Assembly (NCBI GenBank): GCA_951406725.2
Contig: OX597824.1
Location: 30,442,001 to 30,506,000 of the forward strand
From: Octopus vulgaris
Lineage: Eukaryota
Reading direction: 5' to 3'
Length of the DNA stretch: 64,000 nt
Shown here: positions 25,684 through 40,760 of the stretch, piece after piece
How positions within the stretch are numbered: the first letter of the stretch is position 1
Layout of the letters: each line of letters starts with the position of its first letter
The notes under the pieces: model-generated
Seen by the model: only the letters and a program-made list of their open reading frames with translations
Databases searched by the model: none
Told to the model about the DNA's origin: nothing
Position numbers and translations under genes: made by a program

Positions 25684-25870
25684 GTTTCTAATTTGGGCAC
25701 GAGGTCAGCAATTTTGAGAGGAGGGTTGGTTTATAGCAACTCAGTACTTGAGTGGTACTTTATCGACCTCAGAAGGTTGAAAGGCAAAGTTAACCATAGC
25801 AGAATTTGGACTCAGAATTTAAAGAGCCAGAATAAATACTGCAAAGTATTTTTTCTGATGTTCTAACAAT
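25684..25870 (-). mobile_element. Meta-domain-like SINE
   Basis: GTTTCTAATTTGGGCAC..GGTACTTTATCGACC..TGAAAGGCAAAGTT..AGAATTTGGACTCAGAA. Confidence 0.75.
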
Positions 25871-28092
25871 TCTTGATAACAACAGAAAGTAAATTAGTAT
25901 GGTGTCAGTATTGCTAAAACCTTACTAAGATATGTGCTGAATATATCGGTAGACACAAGATACTTAGCAAACAAAACTTCCAAAATCAGTAACATAACAG
26001 CTGTGCAAGTACATACTAATAACAATAATATTGATTTCCAACCATAGGAACAAGACTTCATATTTCAAGAAAATATATAGTCACTTATATTGACCTCAAT
26101 ACTTGATTCTATTGATCCTAGAAAGATGAAAGACAAAAATCGACTATGGTGGGATTTTTAATCAGTGTGCAAAGAATAATAATGATAATCATAAAACTGA
26201 CATGAAAGACGATTGTGAAAGGAAAGAATCCACACATTACCGGAACAAAACTGAGAAACGTTAAGTATTTAGCCTACATTCTGACATTCTCTCCAAATCC
26301 CTACAACAATGTCAACAAGGACAATAATGTCTCACATTCGCACAATTTGAGAAGAAGGAAAAGTTAAACCTAGTTAAATTTGAACTCAAAATGCAAAATG
26401 ACATGACTTAAACACTGCAAAAGATTGAAATCAGAACATAAAAATATTGATTTCTTTCTTACATAGGCATAAAAGCAAAAATTTTGATGGAAAATAACAT
26501 GATCACATTCATCTTAATACTTGGAAGGATGAAAAACAACGATGAACTTTGGAAGATTGAGTTCAGAATATAAAGGGATAAGATTAAATGCCACCAGGTA
26601 TTTAAGAGGTATCAACACTTTAGCCACACATCACTCAAACACATATATAGCTACAGGAAATATACAACTATTTTTACATATTTCATACACCCCAAAACTC
26701 TGAACATTGGTAGCTAGAGATTCTAACCAGCATTCTTTCTACCTGGTGTATCGAGTTTGGTGCAGTAATTGCTGTTGTGCAAGTAAGTGAAGCCCTATAA
26801 ACTAGAGGGAAGCTTATACAAGTAAATATGATGAGAGACAAAAGAAACAGCTTAATTCTATCTGCCAGCCATAATTATTACAATGTGATATCACGGCCAA
26901 TGAAGTGGAAATCAATTTCATACTAAAGGTATGAGGATAAAAAAGTAATAACAAAATAATTACACACACACCACCTACAGACATCACATGTGTTGAATGT
27001 TTCACATGTCAGCAGACACGTGGGGGTCTAATCAATACATTATTACTGGCTAGCTGCAGGAGCCACTTTAATCTCTTAGCTTTAAAGCTAAGCTGCGATT
27101 AATTCAAATCTATTATTATGTCAGTTATAGTTTTCAAGCAGAAGAGCTCTTAGATACAAAGATTTCTACAGTGCCTATTAGACCAACTGATCCTTAAGAT
27201 TAAAAGAAGCAGATCCAATCACAATTAACAACTGAGTACTTAATTTATTTGTTAATATTTAACTAAAGTTTAGATAATATTTTAATGTAGATCATGGGGA
27301 AAATATTGATTAAATTAACTTTACATAATCTTTAACCAATCTTTAGCCAGTAACTAAGATAAATTTTTATGTTTTAAGTCATATCTGACACAATATCCTA
27401 ACGTCTTGTTTTGTCATCTTTTTGATGAAGCAGAGAGGATAAAAATATCTAATGGCAGTGCTACGCTTCAGTGAATCTTGAATATCTGTCACTCAACAAG
27501 CAGAAATGTAACAAAAATTTCATATTCTTTGCTATGGCTAAGAAATTCTCAGGGGAGGTTCCTAAATCCCTGTACAGATGTAGGAGTCGTAAGTAATTCG
27601 AAATTTAGGAATATGGAAGTCCAATGAGGCATTTTTATATGTCATGTCAGCAACTGGATATTTATGACAAAAAGAACAAACAGATGAAAATGAATTTCAG
27701 ATCAGATTTTGATGACTTCCTTTAGATGAAATCTAATATTATGGTTGGAATTTTGGAAAGTTTTTAAGCATTAAACTGGATTACAGCTGCCAATTCTGAT
27801 CTTCCACTACTCATTGCTAGATATTTAAGCTGGAGAAAATACAAAATCTTTCTAAAAGAATAATTTAGAGAAAAAAAACCCTTAAAAATACTAGTAATAA
27901 TTCAGAGGAGATGAGAGGGTGTAGGTTTAAAGACAGGCAAATAGATAGATATACACAGCTAACATAGCTAAATATATGTATACGCACACACACTAAATCC
28001 ACTTTCATGGTTTCGATCAGCCTGGGGCAATAGCAAAAGACACTTGCCCAAGGTGGGACTGAAACCAAAATCAAATGATTATATATATATAT

Positions 28093-28520
28093 ATGAAGTA
28101 CTGCTCTCACATCTGAGATAATATTGCTGCTGCACACATAAACATTCAAGACTGCATCCAGAAAAGGGGCCACCCAACTTATTGGCATAAAATCACTCAC
28201 AGGCAAGATCCAACCCTTGGCCCACAGGTGTGCAGTCTCCTCATTGCCTTTTCTATCACAACTATAATGGGTTCTGCTAATCAGGACACACACAAAGATG
28301 GAAGATGAGCCTAACAAAAAAGGATTGCTTCTCAATAACTGGCTCTTCTCTTCTGGACCAGAGGATAATTCAGACCCCACCTCACCCAAATTATTTGTAC
28401 TCAACAAAGTTCAACTGAAGCCAACAATAAAATATTGCTCTCACATCTGGGATGATGTTGGTGCTGCCGCTGGTGCACACACACACACACACACACACAT
28501 ACAACACATCTACAAAAGAT
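28093..28520 (+). mobile_element. CR1/L2-clade LINE RT C-terminal fragments (two partial copies)
   Basis: MKYCSHI*DN..IQKRG..QPLAHRCAVSSL, then KVQLKPTIKYCSHIWDD; matches the typical RPxxEYCSxIW motif and the 51080-51560 fragment. Confidence 0.7.
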
Positions 28521-30354
28521 AGTGAACTCTTGTAACCAACATGCCAGACATCACCCCTGGTTCTATGATAAAAGTTCCAGTTTTAAACCGATCTAAATTA
28601 CAATCTTCTCATAAAATACCATGTTAATTTATATCAATATTTAAGCTATTTTAGTAAATTCTTCATTATTTTAAAACATATTTGAAACAAAAGCCATTTA
28701 TTTCAACAGAAACACAGAAATATGGTAACAAAAGTGCTTAAAGTTAACTAACGGATACTGTCAAATTATTCAACTCTCATTGCCACATCTATAGATTTGT
28801 GGACACTCTCACATCCCAGTGTTTGTTCAAATTGTATTTCCTCTGCTGCTCCAGTTTGCAATAAGTCTAATCTATAAACAATAGATCAGAATATGTGGAT
28901 TTTATTATAAATCACTTCTGAAGAGAAACTTAACAAAAGCGTAGTGAATAAGGTTGATCATACATCAATACCCACAGACCACTGAAATATTAAGGCTTAA
29001 GTATTCATATGCATTTTCCTACTTTTAATCAACTTTTCTATAATAAACGGAAAGGAGGTTTTTAAATTTTAATATTGTTCCACTTGCATTGCAATCAACA
29101 AATAAATGTACAAAAACAGGTTCACACTAAACTGAATAAAACATGCTCTGAATCTCACACAAACTTTATATGAGAGAAAATATGGTTAAAGTAGACATCA
29201 ATTGTAAGGTTATCTACATTAAACAAGTCTTTTTAAGTAGTGATGACTAGAAATTACTACAGCCGTAGCAGTAACACTGACAAAGTCAACAAAGAAGTTT
29301 GTATCTCAGTCACTCAAACTGTTTATTTAGCATCAGATGAATTTTACAGTTCCTACTTGTGAAATTCAGAAAACTGAATAAATGTGTACTGAAGTGAACG
29401 ATGATGACTCCAACAGGCAGCTTCATGGTTCAGTGGTAGAATAGAATCAAATTAGTCAAATACGTAACTTAAGGTGCTATCATAGAAAATTTAACTTGTT
29501 GAGTTTACAGTTATTGATAAAATAATAACTCTATGGAAGGATATCTTTAAAGCCTGGAGCATGTATGGTTTCCTGAGTTCATGAGTAGAAAGAAAAGGAA
29601 ATATGTAATTCATAACTAACAACATAACTATCTGCACTATATCATATTATCTTATCTTTATTATCATCATTAACACCCATTACAGCTCCTTTTTTCAGTT
29701 TTATCTTCCAAATCTATTCTGCCAACACCAATATACAGTATCATGAAAGAAAAACATATACTACTTATGTGCAAAAGATGTACATCTTTTATTCATTTTC
29801 CTTTTACTTCATTTTAAAATAATTTTATAAAATCATAGAATAAAAAGAGCTACTTTTAACTATCTTTCCCTATTTTAACACTTATATAAGCCTTGCAGAT
29901 CAATACAGATTTAAAGCAGTGTCAATCATCTCTTTAAATCATTATGATAATTACCAATCTGATATTCAAAATTTAATAGCAACAAACTGATTGTGCTGGT
30001 AATTTATGATTTGAAACTCATAACTCTAAAGCAGTCATTCACAAAGAAGAATGTGTCAAAGTTATTTATTTAAAAATATGAACCATGTTGAGCTAATTAT
30101 ATTGTCAGTAGCCATTAAACAATCAAAGAAGAAACAAACAAAATACTTAACCTATTTCAATGCTTTTAGGCTACCTCTTCATTGGCATAATGATAATATT
30201 AGAAAATATCTCAGCAGTTAATGATAATGAATCAGATAAAATCTTTGTAATATGTTGAAAATTTATTGAAATATCTCAAAAAGAAGATCCACATATTCAA
30301 TAAGCTGACAGCAAAGTTAATAAATTAATAAAAATAATCCTGCCTAATGTATAT

Positions 30355-30620
30355 TCTTTTATTCTTTTACTTGACTGCAGCCATGCTGGAGCGACACCTT
30401 AAAGAGCATTAGTCGAAGAAATTGACCCCAGGACTTATAATGTGTAAGCCTAGTACTTAATCAAACGGTCTTCTTCCAGTTTCCATCTAGCAACTTTACT
30501 CATAAGGCTTTGGTTGGCCTGTGGCTATAGTAGAAAATATTTGCCCAAGGTGCAATGCAGTGGGACTGATCCTGAAACCATGTAGTTGGGAAGCAAGCTT
30601 CTTACCACACAGCCATGCCT
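30355..30620 (-). mobile_element. CORE-like SINE (internally deleted)
   Basis: Reverse complement of the 43138 family: GCCATGCTGGAGC..CTATAGTAGAA..TTGCCCAAGGTG..CAGTGGGACTGA..CTTACCACACAGCC. Confidence 0.8.
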
Positions 30621-30699
30621 ATGGATGAATGAGAATGTGTGAGGAGGATATATATATATATATATATACACTCACACAGATGTATACACATACATATGC

Positions 30700-31850
30700 C
30701 TACAGCAGCAGAAAGAAGGATATAAAGATTTATAGCATACAGATCAACTGGAAATTCCTACAAGATGAACCTGTTGAGAGCTAGAGATTAATTATGCAGT
30801 TGGTGCAAGGTTCTGGCCATCTTGGAGATGCTGGGATGACGCAGTAGAGACATAAAAGTGAAGAAATGGACTTGGAAAACCTGGAAGGTGGAAGCAGGGG
30901 TGTTACCAAGTAATTAGAAGAGAAACAAAGCACCAGGTATACTTAGCTAAGAGAGAAGGTGAAAGTAAGAGATTTGCATTTGTTCTGCAATATGAGGATT
31001 GGAGGCACAAAGTGTTCCAGATTGCAAGACAATACACTAGAGAAAAACCAGATGTCACTGACAGAGAAGTGCATCTGGAATGATAGAGACACACTTGCTC
31101 TTATTGTTGATGAAAAGACAAAGGCATGAAAGTGTTATGAGAATGCACAGAACAAAGTGAGGGTCTGTCTCATGTCAACCTAACAAAGGACAAGCCAACC
31201 AAGTTGACAGCTGTATGGCAGAAAAAGCTAAGGTTATGAATGCAAAGGAAGTTGCCAGTCCATTAGGGAGAGTCAGAAAAATACTTCAACTACCTGACAA
31301 AGTAGGGTATATATCAGTGTAAAAGGGTATGAAACCCAGCAACTGCCTCAGCAGCATCAAATTTTTGGACCAAGTTTTGGAGGTTACAGAAAGAATCACA
31401 GCACAATAAATTAAGAACAAAATTAGCCTAGATGAGAAGCAGTTTGGTATTATGTCTGAAAGAGGTATCACAAAAAGCCACCTTCCTAGTGAGATAACTA
31501 CAAGAAATGTACTGAACAAAGAGTAAGCCACAATTTCTAACATTCATCAACTTGGAGAAGGCTTTGACAGGGTGAAAGGCAGACTAAGTGATGTTTACAT
31601 TTGAACAGTGATACTGTATAACAGTGAGTTTTAATGCAGAGGATTTGTAAATGCTAGAAAAAATATAGGAAGCATGCTTTGCTGGGTGTGTGATGTTAGT
31701 AGGCATGAACAATAAAAATCGAATGAGTTGAAAGAAGAAAAGAAACTGGGGTACAAGAGGAAACAGCTGTAGTGTGCAAGAGAGAAAACAGTACTATATG
31801 GAGCATATGGAGAAAGAGCTATCTGCTCAAAGAGGATGAAACTTGAAGAC
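30700..31850 (+). mobile_element. Degenerate RTE LINE fragment
   Basis: QFGIMSERG..TFLVR*LQE..FLTFINLEK-AFDRV at ~31440-31575 corresponds to RTE RT motifs; boundaries approximate. Confidence 0.7.
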
Positions 31851-33059
31851 ATGAGATGAATTAATTAAGGCTCACCAGAAGATGTTGCATTTAACAGACA
31901 TGACACAGAATTGATGGTGGTGGTGATGATGATAATTCATACAGAGTGAAACATGACAGAAAATGAGTAATAAAGTTGTCAATAAACAAGGTAGTTTAGT
32001 ATGAAAATGAAAGAAATATGGCTAATGTAAACTATTTGATTTTTTTTCTATAATGTTATAATTTATAATCCTATCTTTTTTAAAAAGACAAAACAAAAAA
32101 GAATAACTTTAGAACCTAAAGGAACAGAATGTCTGGTCTGTGAGCACAGGTGCATTTACATTTATATATGTTCATGTATATGAAAATACATGTGGGTATA
32201 GATATAACGACTTTTTACTAAGCATATGTCAATCTAGTCCATGGCCTTTATGGAATACAAAAATATCACCCCATGCTTTCAAACAAGCAGGTTCAACATA
32301 GAATTAATATGTGCAATTAAGACACTGATTTTATAACCGTTCTTCCATACTAGAATGGGCTGAGCTTTATTGCATCAACAGAGATGCATATATTCATTTG
32401 AATTGCTGATAACTGACATATGTTTTACAGTTCAGTACTATTTCTTTATCTCAACACAAAACTAATGGAAATAAAGGTGTCATACCAAAAATACAACCCT
32501 ATGCTAATCATAACATTTTTTTTCATTTTTTTTTTTTTGGTTTCTGATTTTTTTAATTTTATTTTTTTCTGACTAGGATAACCTTTTGGAATGGAAAGGT
32601 GGATAAAAGAGTATAAAAGAAATTTTCAGTCTACTGCAAAAGAAAGATCTAAAATTACTTCTGAACACAAACATTATTTGAAGAGAAAAACTCTTCTGCA
32701 TCAAATATATTTGTCCTTGATTTCAAGCACAAGGCCACAAGTATACAGTTAACTGAACTTACTAATAACCCAGTAGTTGTCTGATATTTATTTTAGGGTG
32801 TCTACAGACATCAAAGACAGTCCATCTTTTGTCAGACATACATGACAGCAATCTCCGAATATCATTAAGCTTTCTTCTTTTAGTTTAAATTCATTTTTTT
32901 ATACAGGCACATGGCCCTTAATGGTGATGAGGATTTTGTAGTGTTTATGGCCATCACAACTTGCTTGGGAGCATACATTTACTTAACAGAACTTCCTCTG
33001 TTTTATCAACATTCTAAACCAATCTTAATTTTATCTGCAAAATAATAATAATAATAATT

Positions 33060-33255
33060 CTTTCAAATATAGGCCTGAAACTTGGTGGGGAGGCGGCTAG
33101 TTGAATACATTGACCACAGTGCTAAACTGAAACATATTTCATCAACCTCGAAAAGACAAAGCCAAAGTAGTTCTTGACAGAATCTGAACTCAGGACATAA
33201 AGCCAGACAAAATATAGCTAAGCCTTATATCCAGTGTGCTAGCAATTCTACCAAC
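33060..33255 (-). mobile_element. Meta-domain-like SINE
   Basis: Degenerate reverse complement of the 18929 family, between AAT/TAT tracts. Confidence 0.6.
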
Positions 33256-33256
33256 T

Positions 33257-33283
33257 ATTATTATTATTATTATTATTGTTGTT

Positions 33284-33316
<33 letters not shown>
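33257..33316. repeat. (TAT)n..(AAT)n inverted microsatellite
   Basis: Direct read. Confidence 0.9.
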
Positions 33317-33318
<2 letters not shown>

Positions 33319-36300
33319 CAGGTAATACATGAAGCAATATTTCAAAGAAAGAACAAGCTTTATAAAATTAGATCTGTGTAACCTAAAAATAGAGTGAATA
33401 TGTTTGAATATGCAGTTTCCATAGAAAATACAATTTGATCATATATGAAATCATTTTCACTGTGATTTTGTCAAAAGCATAGAGCTAAAAAAAAAAAGGC
33501 TATTTGCATTCATGTGTGCTTAATAAAATTATGTTTGCATATAACTTATCATGTGGATTAATATTTATGCAAATGAGTATGTACGTGTGTGAATGGTAGG
33601 AATGTAGTTGGTCTTTAAATATTGTGCTGCTAATGTCTTCAAGCATGTGCATATATGTGCATGCATGCATGTGTGTATTGTAGAGTATATCCAATAATGC
33701 ATCCTTTATGCCATCACATAAGGTTACTTACTTGATAACTTCAAAACTGTTATCAAAAAAAGGGAAGAAACTAAGAGGTGAGTCAGGTTTAATCCTTGGA
33801 TATAGAATAATGAGAAATCATATTCATAGACCTTCTACTGTCCATCTCTGATTTTCAGCAGCTAGCACTGAGTAAATATTGATTCCTTATATATATTTCA
33901 TTTATTCACTTACTCATTTATAGAAACAAACACTAACATGTATATACTATTCAAGTCTTAGAAAAATATCTTATTCATTTTCATTGTTATTTCAACCTGA
34001 GATAGGCTTTTAACTCAAAATATTTTGAACATGACTCACCAAATAAGTATTGTGCAGAGCAATTAAGATCAGTTAAGAGACATTTTCTTTAATCATGAAT
34101 TTAAGGACATCTCACAACTGCAAAATGTGTTACCATGGATATTGTGTCTGTGCATGTGTGAGAGAGAGACAGGCAGATGGACAAAGAGAGTAGTTGTAGA
34201 TGAGTCAATACTAGAAACATCTGTGGGATAATTATCACCAAAAGGAGACATGGTCGTCAAATACATGATTGATGAAATAAGAAAAGAGAATGATTTCTAA
34301 ACATTTTCATCTGGTGAAAAAAACCAAAAAAAACATTGATTGTTATAGGGGAAATCACATCAAATAAAATTAAGTTTTTGCACCAAAGAAATGATATTGT
34401 TGAACTTTATAATTGTTCTGACTCTTAGTTTCAATCGATCATAAAAATAAATATCTATATGACCTCTCCATACACACTGAGGGTGTTTTTACAACAAATT
34501 TGATATATTTCAGAAAAATATACCAAGTAACACCAAACTATAGTATGAAACACCTCTTCTTTACCTTAGCAAAAGTATGTTTCATACATTAAAACTTCAA
34601 GAAAATCTTTATCAATAATATTTAATTACTGTATCTATCAAATCAAATGTCCTAATCTGTGGCACCAGTTGTTCTTCTCTCTGAGACATTTTTGTAACTT
34701 TTGTTTTATCAAAAACATTAACAACCTTTAGCATAAAAATTTCTCATTTCAAAAACTAACCTAAAAGCCCTAGTTGAGGGCACCATGACACTCCACTTGA
34801 ACAATACTTATTTTTCCTTGTTCTTTGTACAGAAGTAGTTTAATATGGAAAACTATGTTACCATTGCTTAAAATCTAGACTACTTTGAGAAGGAGAAGAT
34901 TACAGAAGGAATTAGCATTGTCCAATCCCTCAAAGCATAACATTACAAGTGAAGAAAACAGACAAGAGAAGTGACATAAAAAGTGACTACCACAGTGTAA
35001 AGACTTCTGAACCAAAGACAAACTGTCAATAAAGTTGAAAAGCTTTTCCTTGAAAATTCACAATTTACATGGTGAAAATAATAAAAGACTGTCAACATAG
35101 GTTTGTTGACTGATACCAACTGGTTAGAAAACAAAAACCATTAAAGTATAATTTAAGAAGAGATTACTGTTATATATGGTGAAACGATGTTAAAGAATAA
35201 TGTTATGAATAGGAAACATTTGGTTGAAATTTGGAGTGGAAAGTATCTTAGATTCTTTTGATAGACAATGTATGTTGTTAATGAAGAATATATTGTTTTT
35301 CTGCTATTATTGTTATTTGAGCACTTTTTTTTTACCAAATACAAAAACAGCTGATTAAACTATTTCTTATATTTCTGGAGATGTTTAAAAAACGAAAACT
35401 AAGACAATAGCTGGATATTTTAACTACACATAAAGAACTCCATCCTACTCCAAAAGAAAGTAGTATGGAAAATGATGAACAGGAGAAAGAAAGAATAATA
35501 ACTAATTACTTCCTTTCACTGTAAGTACAAGAGAGAAAGAGAGAGAAAATTATTTTGGTTACAAACCGGACTGGATATGCTCTTTAAATTTTATACAAAT
35601 ACCAGAAATTAATAATCATTAAGGACTATGCTACAGATGATATTTACCAAAAAGAGAAAATATTTTCAAATGGCACGAGACTTTATCTAAAAAATCTCAT
35701 AATTATGATAATATTAGTTTCAATTAAATATGCACAAGTTATTATCTAATAAACATGTCCATCATATGAAGGTTTTATAACTCATAAACCTGACATTTAG
35801 TTCTAAATTTCTGTCAAATTCAGTAGTTTACAAAGTTTGAGATATGTTACAATAAAAAAAAAATGAAACAGGAGCAATGCTATAATGGTATAGAAATCTG
35901 GTTAGAAAATGGATAAGATCAACAGGAGCTACAGAGCAAAAAGTTAAGTATAACCCAGCTGGTACGCAATAACTTACAAGTGAACTGAAAAAGTATTTTG
36001 TATCAAATATAACGCCAGAATATATAAGAGAGATTATTAAATCCACTTCAACCCTGGCCAATGAAAGCCTTGAGTTGATTTGGTTAAACAGAAATTAAAA
36101 GGAGCATACTATGTGTGTATGAATGGGATACTGTTTTGACATTGCATAATAGTTGTAAACAAATGTTACCACCATGCAAGTTGTGTCTTTGTTTCCAATC
36201 TTTTGTGAAAACGTCTGGTTGTGGAAAAATACATTATTTTACTTGTAAGGGTTAATGACAGGAAAGGCATCTAGCTGTAAAAAATCTGCCTAACCTATGC

Positions 36301-36345
36301 AATCATGAAAAGTGGACAGTAAATGATGATGTGATGTATGATAGA

Positions 36346-36513
36346 TCAATGCTCCACAACCATTTTTTCACATGCAGTACACTTATATTCTTTTCAAAAT
36401 TCAGTGGCACACCTGAACTAAAACTACAGGGAAAATAATTATATTCAGGTTACAACACCAAACATCATCTCATGACACACCATTGTGTTGCAGTGTACCC
36501 ATTGCAGAGCACT
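36346..36513. mobile_element. hAT-like MITE
   Basis: CAATGCTCCACAA ... TTGCAGAGCACTG termini with subterminal GACACACCATTGTGTTGC typical of Charlie-type MITEs. Confidence 0.45.
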
Positions 36514-36904
36514 GTGATAGATACTGCATAAAAAGTTGGAATGAGTTAGAAGTAAAAGTGCTGTAGAAGAGGCAACTGGAAAAGATTTATGAAAAATTAC
36601 TTAGAATCGATCTGAAAATATTAGGACAAGATGACAAAATATTAAGACACATGAATATTTGGGTGTTATGGGAATTACATTATGTTTGGTTGTTATGGTA
36701 ATTATATTAAGATTTCTTTCATTAACAAAAGAACAAAAAAATTGAAGAGGGTGGCTCGGGTTAACTGTATTGCTATCCAATTTATGTCCAATACCTATTT
36801 CATTACTGAAAAGCAGGCAAGGTCAACTCTAGTAGAATTTAAAGTCCTGATATATCTAAACACCACAGGGTATTACAATTCCTACAACTTCATGCTATGA
36901 ACCA

Positions 36905-37220
36905 GAAAAAGTTTGCTTTACAACCACATGGCTTCAGGTTCAGTCCCACTAGGACAAGTATCTCCTACTATAGCCCCAGACTAACCAAAGCCTTATTATG
37001 AATTTGGTAGACAGAAACTGTGAGGAAACCTGTCGTGTGTGTGTCTTTGTGTTTGTCCTCCACCACTGCTTGACAACTGATGTAACTTGGCAGTTTGACA
37101 AAAGAGACCAATAGAATAAGTATCAGGCTTAAAAAGTAAGTACTGGGAGTGATTTGTTCAACTAAACTCTTAAAGGTGGTGCCCAGCAAGGCCACAGTCT
37201 AATTACTGAAACAAATAAAG
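36905..37220 (+). mobile_element. CORE-like SINE
   Basis: Collinear with 43138-43532. Confidence 0.85.
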
Positions 37221-38240
37221 GGAGGGGGAAGACCTTTAAAGACTTTATCAAATTCCTGAAAAAAAATTACCCGTACTAAGTTATAAACTATCTCCTTAAT
37301 AGTAAGTTCATTCAATGATAAAAGGATAAATTTGCAAGCTGTGAAAATCATGAGAGTAGAGATATCAAAATTTGTTTCTCTCAATCCTCAATAGTAAATC
37401 TACTGCACAAATTCCAATACATGATAAAATCTTTGTATCAGATGGCATAACATAAATGCTGCATTAAATTCACTCCTACATATTTTATATTTTTCTCCTC
37501 TTGTTTCAAAGTATCTTGAAATCCTAGAGTAGCACCTACTGACTTTTATTCTCCTGTCTATTTGTCTTTGATTCACCACTCTTCTAATGTCTCATCTCCT
37601 AATAATGAACAATGTGTGTTCATTCTCATTCTACACTGATGGCAGCCTTTAAAATAATATCAATTGGAATTTGAGTGGGATTTTAGTGTAAGAAGTTGAG
37701 TTGACTTTTCTGGAGCTGGTAACAAGACAGATGCAATCACTATGGCATTCAATGGAAGGCAAAAGGAAGCAATTCATCCCAGCAGTAAAAAAATCAGCAA
37801 AATATGCAATGCAAAATATCAAACTCACCCCACACAAAAAAATTAAAATAAATGTTATTCAAATATTACTTGATAAAAACAAAATTTATGATTAAGTACA
37901 CAACAAAAAGTAACATTATTTTGCAAAACATTTCATGCAACAGAACTCAAATGCCAAAATTATAAACATCTTATACTTTAAGCCACTAAAAAGCTTATTT
38001 GTGGCCACCTGACCCACTAGAAACAGCAGTAATATATCATTCAAGTCATAACCTACTGACTTCAAAAATGGAAATCTTTTATAATCTAATCTTAGAGAAA
38101 CCGTGCTTGAAAGAAATTCAGTTTTCACACAGCTGGAATATCTTTCATCATAGGTTTCCTGGTTCAAAACCAACTTGGTGTAAATATTTTATATCACAAA
38201 CTTAAAATTTAACACAAACAATGTAACTTATTTTGATTAA

Positions 38241-38460
38241 ACCTTTTGCTACTAACCAACCCAAGACTGCCCCAAGTCCTATCATGCAGACTTACTGTTG
38301 AAAACGATCAAGATTAAAACCGTCCATCAAAACTTCTTGTAATTTATGTTCCAAACACCAGTGTAATAATGATAAAGTTACTTTACTAAATTCTTCATTG
38401 TTTTCAAAATTAATGGAAACAAAGGTGATTTGTTTCAACAGAAATATGATAATGAAAGGG
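38241..38460. mobile_element. piggyBac-like MITE
   Basis: TTAA|ACCTTTTG ... TGAAAGGG|TTAA; a related degenerate copy lies at ~28525-28741. Confidence 0.65.
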
Positions 38461-38996
38461 TTAAAAAGGAATGTCAAATAAACTTGGCCTTCAGTTTCAT
38501 ACATAATTCATTGTCAATATTTGTTAGATTTAAATTGAAAAGTTAAATGAACTGTGATAGACTGTAATGAGTAACTGAAACATGAATCAACTTGTATTAG
38601 AAACCAACCGAAAGAAAATGGGGAAACTGCAAACAATTTATCCCCACAGTTCAATCACACAGTGCAATGATTATGCTGCAGTAATTACATGGTGCTCGTC
38701 AATATTTAATGGTGGATACCATACATTAAAAAGTCCAAATAAGATAATTTCAGGCTGAAAGTTAACTTCTTTTGCATCACAAATATTACTAGACAAGAAT
38801 AAATGCCACAACATCTTATGTCTACTCTCAAAAAATATCAATGGATCTGCCAATGCTAAATTTTTAGTTCAAATCCATCCTAAAAGGATCATTTTTTGGT
38901 CACCTCAGAGTAAAGAAATTCTGGTAATTAAATTGACTATGCAACTTAATTGAAAAAAATTACCCATGTGCCCACGCAAAATGAAATCACTATATA

Positions 38997-39125
38997 ATGG
39001 CTGAGTGGTTAAGAAGCTTACTTCCTAACCAGCCATGTAGTTTTGGGTTCAGTCCCACTGCACCTTGGGCAAGTATCTTCTACTATAACCCCAGGCTCAT
39101 CAGAAATGGAAACTGAAAGAAGCTA
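38997..39125 (+). mobile_element. CORE-like SINE 5' part
   Basis: ATGGCTGAGTGGTTAAG..GGGTTCAGTCCCACTGCACCTTGGGCAAGT. Confidence 0.75.
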
Positions 39126-39197
39126 ATCATGTATATATATAAAATCATGTGTGTATATATCTGTGTGTGTGTGTGTATGCACACACACACACACACA

Positions 39198-39308
39198 CAG
39201 GGTGAACCATAATAAGACAGTTATGTAATAAATATATCTGGTATTCTATGTCATTTTTATAATCCAAGATAATAGCATTTAAAATGTATCCCATTATAGC
39301 CTACCCTG
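39198..39308. mobile_element. Tc1/mariner-like MITE
   Basis: CAGGGTGAACCATAAT ... ATTATAGCCTACCCTG|TA imperfect TIRs. Confidence 0.5.
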
Positions 39309-40279
39309 TATTTATCTATTTATTTATCTATTTCATGTCACATGATAGATAATAGTAAATAAGTGTCACTAACATAAAAGCCATGTTGCTTGTTTCCTGT
39401 CCTTCATGAAACAAGTCATGGGGGAATATTACCTTACTTTGAAATATGTTAGAGATTGGTAATAGGAAGGGCATCTAACCATAGTAAATTAACCTCAACA
39501 AATTCTGCCTGATCCATGCAAGCAAGGGAAAACAGACATTAAAATGCTGATTTATTTAGATTTTTCATTTGCAGTAGAATAAAAACAAAAAATGGCTGAG
39601 CTCTTTTGTACAAAGTGTATATATATATATATATATATATACATACATACACAGACACACACAGTGCTTATGCATGAGTGCATGCATACACATAGTAAAA
39701 TGAATATCAATTGCATCAAATTCAATTGTCTGGATGTGCTCTGCCCTCCTCCATAGATTTAAATTTTAAAACAACCAATAATGAATTTTAATGTATATAC
39801 CAGTGATTATATGTACATTATGTCTCTCTGACTGCTATATACCTATTAATGAATCCTTCGATAGTCAGTCATCTATGCACTTTATTGTTAATGAAGTGTA
39901 TCATGCTTTGCGAGTATAAATATGAACTTATAGATAGATGATCTATACTGAAGTGAGAGCATCAATTGATACTTTAGTGGTTTTTTAAAACCCTATCAGA
40001 ATCAGTTAAAAGCTATAGTTAAAATTATACTTTTCATTCTTGTGGACTTAATAGTATGAAAAATATATTTCAAAATGAACTTGCAGATGGTTTTGTATGA
40101 AAAACCAGACTTGAATTCATGGACTCCGATTTACCTTTATAAAATTTAGAATATGTGCTGGGACATTTTCTTAATTAGTCAGATACCCTAGCGAATATAG
40201 GTACAAAACATGGCTTTAAACTCTAAACAGAGTTGTCGGTTTCTTATTAGTTGCTGACATATTCTTTCCACCACAAGAT

Positions 40280-40760
40280 CCACTCCTCCTTGTGGTGTGA
40301 TGGATTGTGTACTTCAATGACCCAGAGTAATGCCAGCAGAATGCAAGCTCCTGATAATGTATTCTATGCTGGACAGGCCCAACGATAGAGAGGTCTGACT
40401 AATATGAACCACCTCTTCACAAAGGTAAAAATGGGTCTGCATAGGGCTTACATGCCTATCTAGAAAAAAGCTAAGTTACAGAAGCACTGATGACAATTCA
40501 AAACCAATAAGAACTGAGAGAGGAAAGGAAAACCTTGCCTCACAGAAACATGATGCAGGGCAACAAAATCCAAAAGAAAGCTACAAGACCAACTCCACTT
40601 CTGACCAACAGGAAAAACACAAAAGTTAAGAGCTTTGGCAGGAAAGGGTGAACAGGTGTCAGAGGAAGGACAGATCTTGAAGCACTGGATGTAGCCAGAA
40701 TGACTTTGATAGAGGATAAACAACAAATAACCAAGGTTGACAAATTCCCCACCTTCTCTT
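40280..40760 (+). mobile_element. Possible RTE-type LINE 5' UTR fragment
   Basis: TTGTGGTG..CAATGACCCAGAG..ATGCCAGCAG..GCAAGCTCCTG..ATGCTGGACAGG..GACTAA resembles RTE 5' UTRs recalled from memory. Confidence 0.35.

Noticed and set aside
27865-28407. 180-aa minus-strand ORF
   Set aside because: Antisense to LINE fragments and runs through a SINE piece
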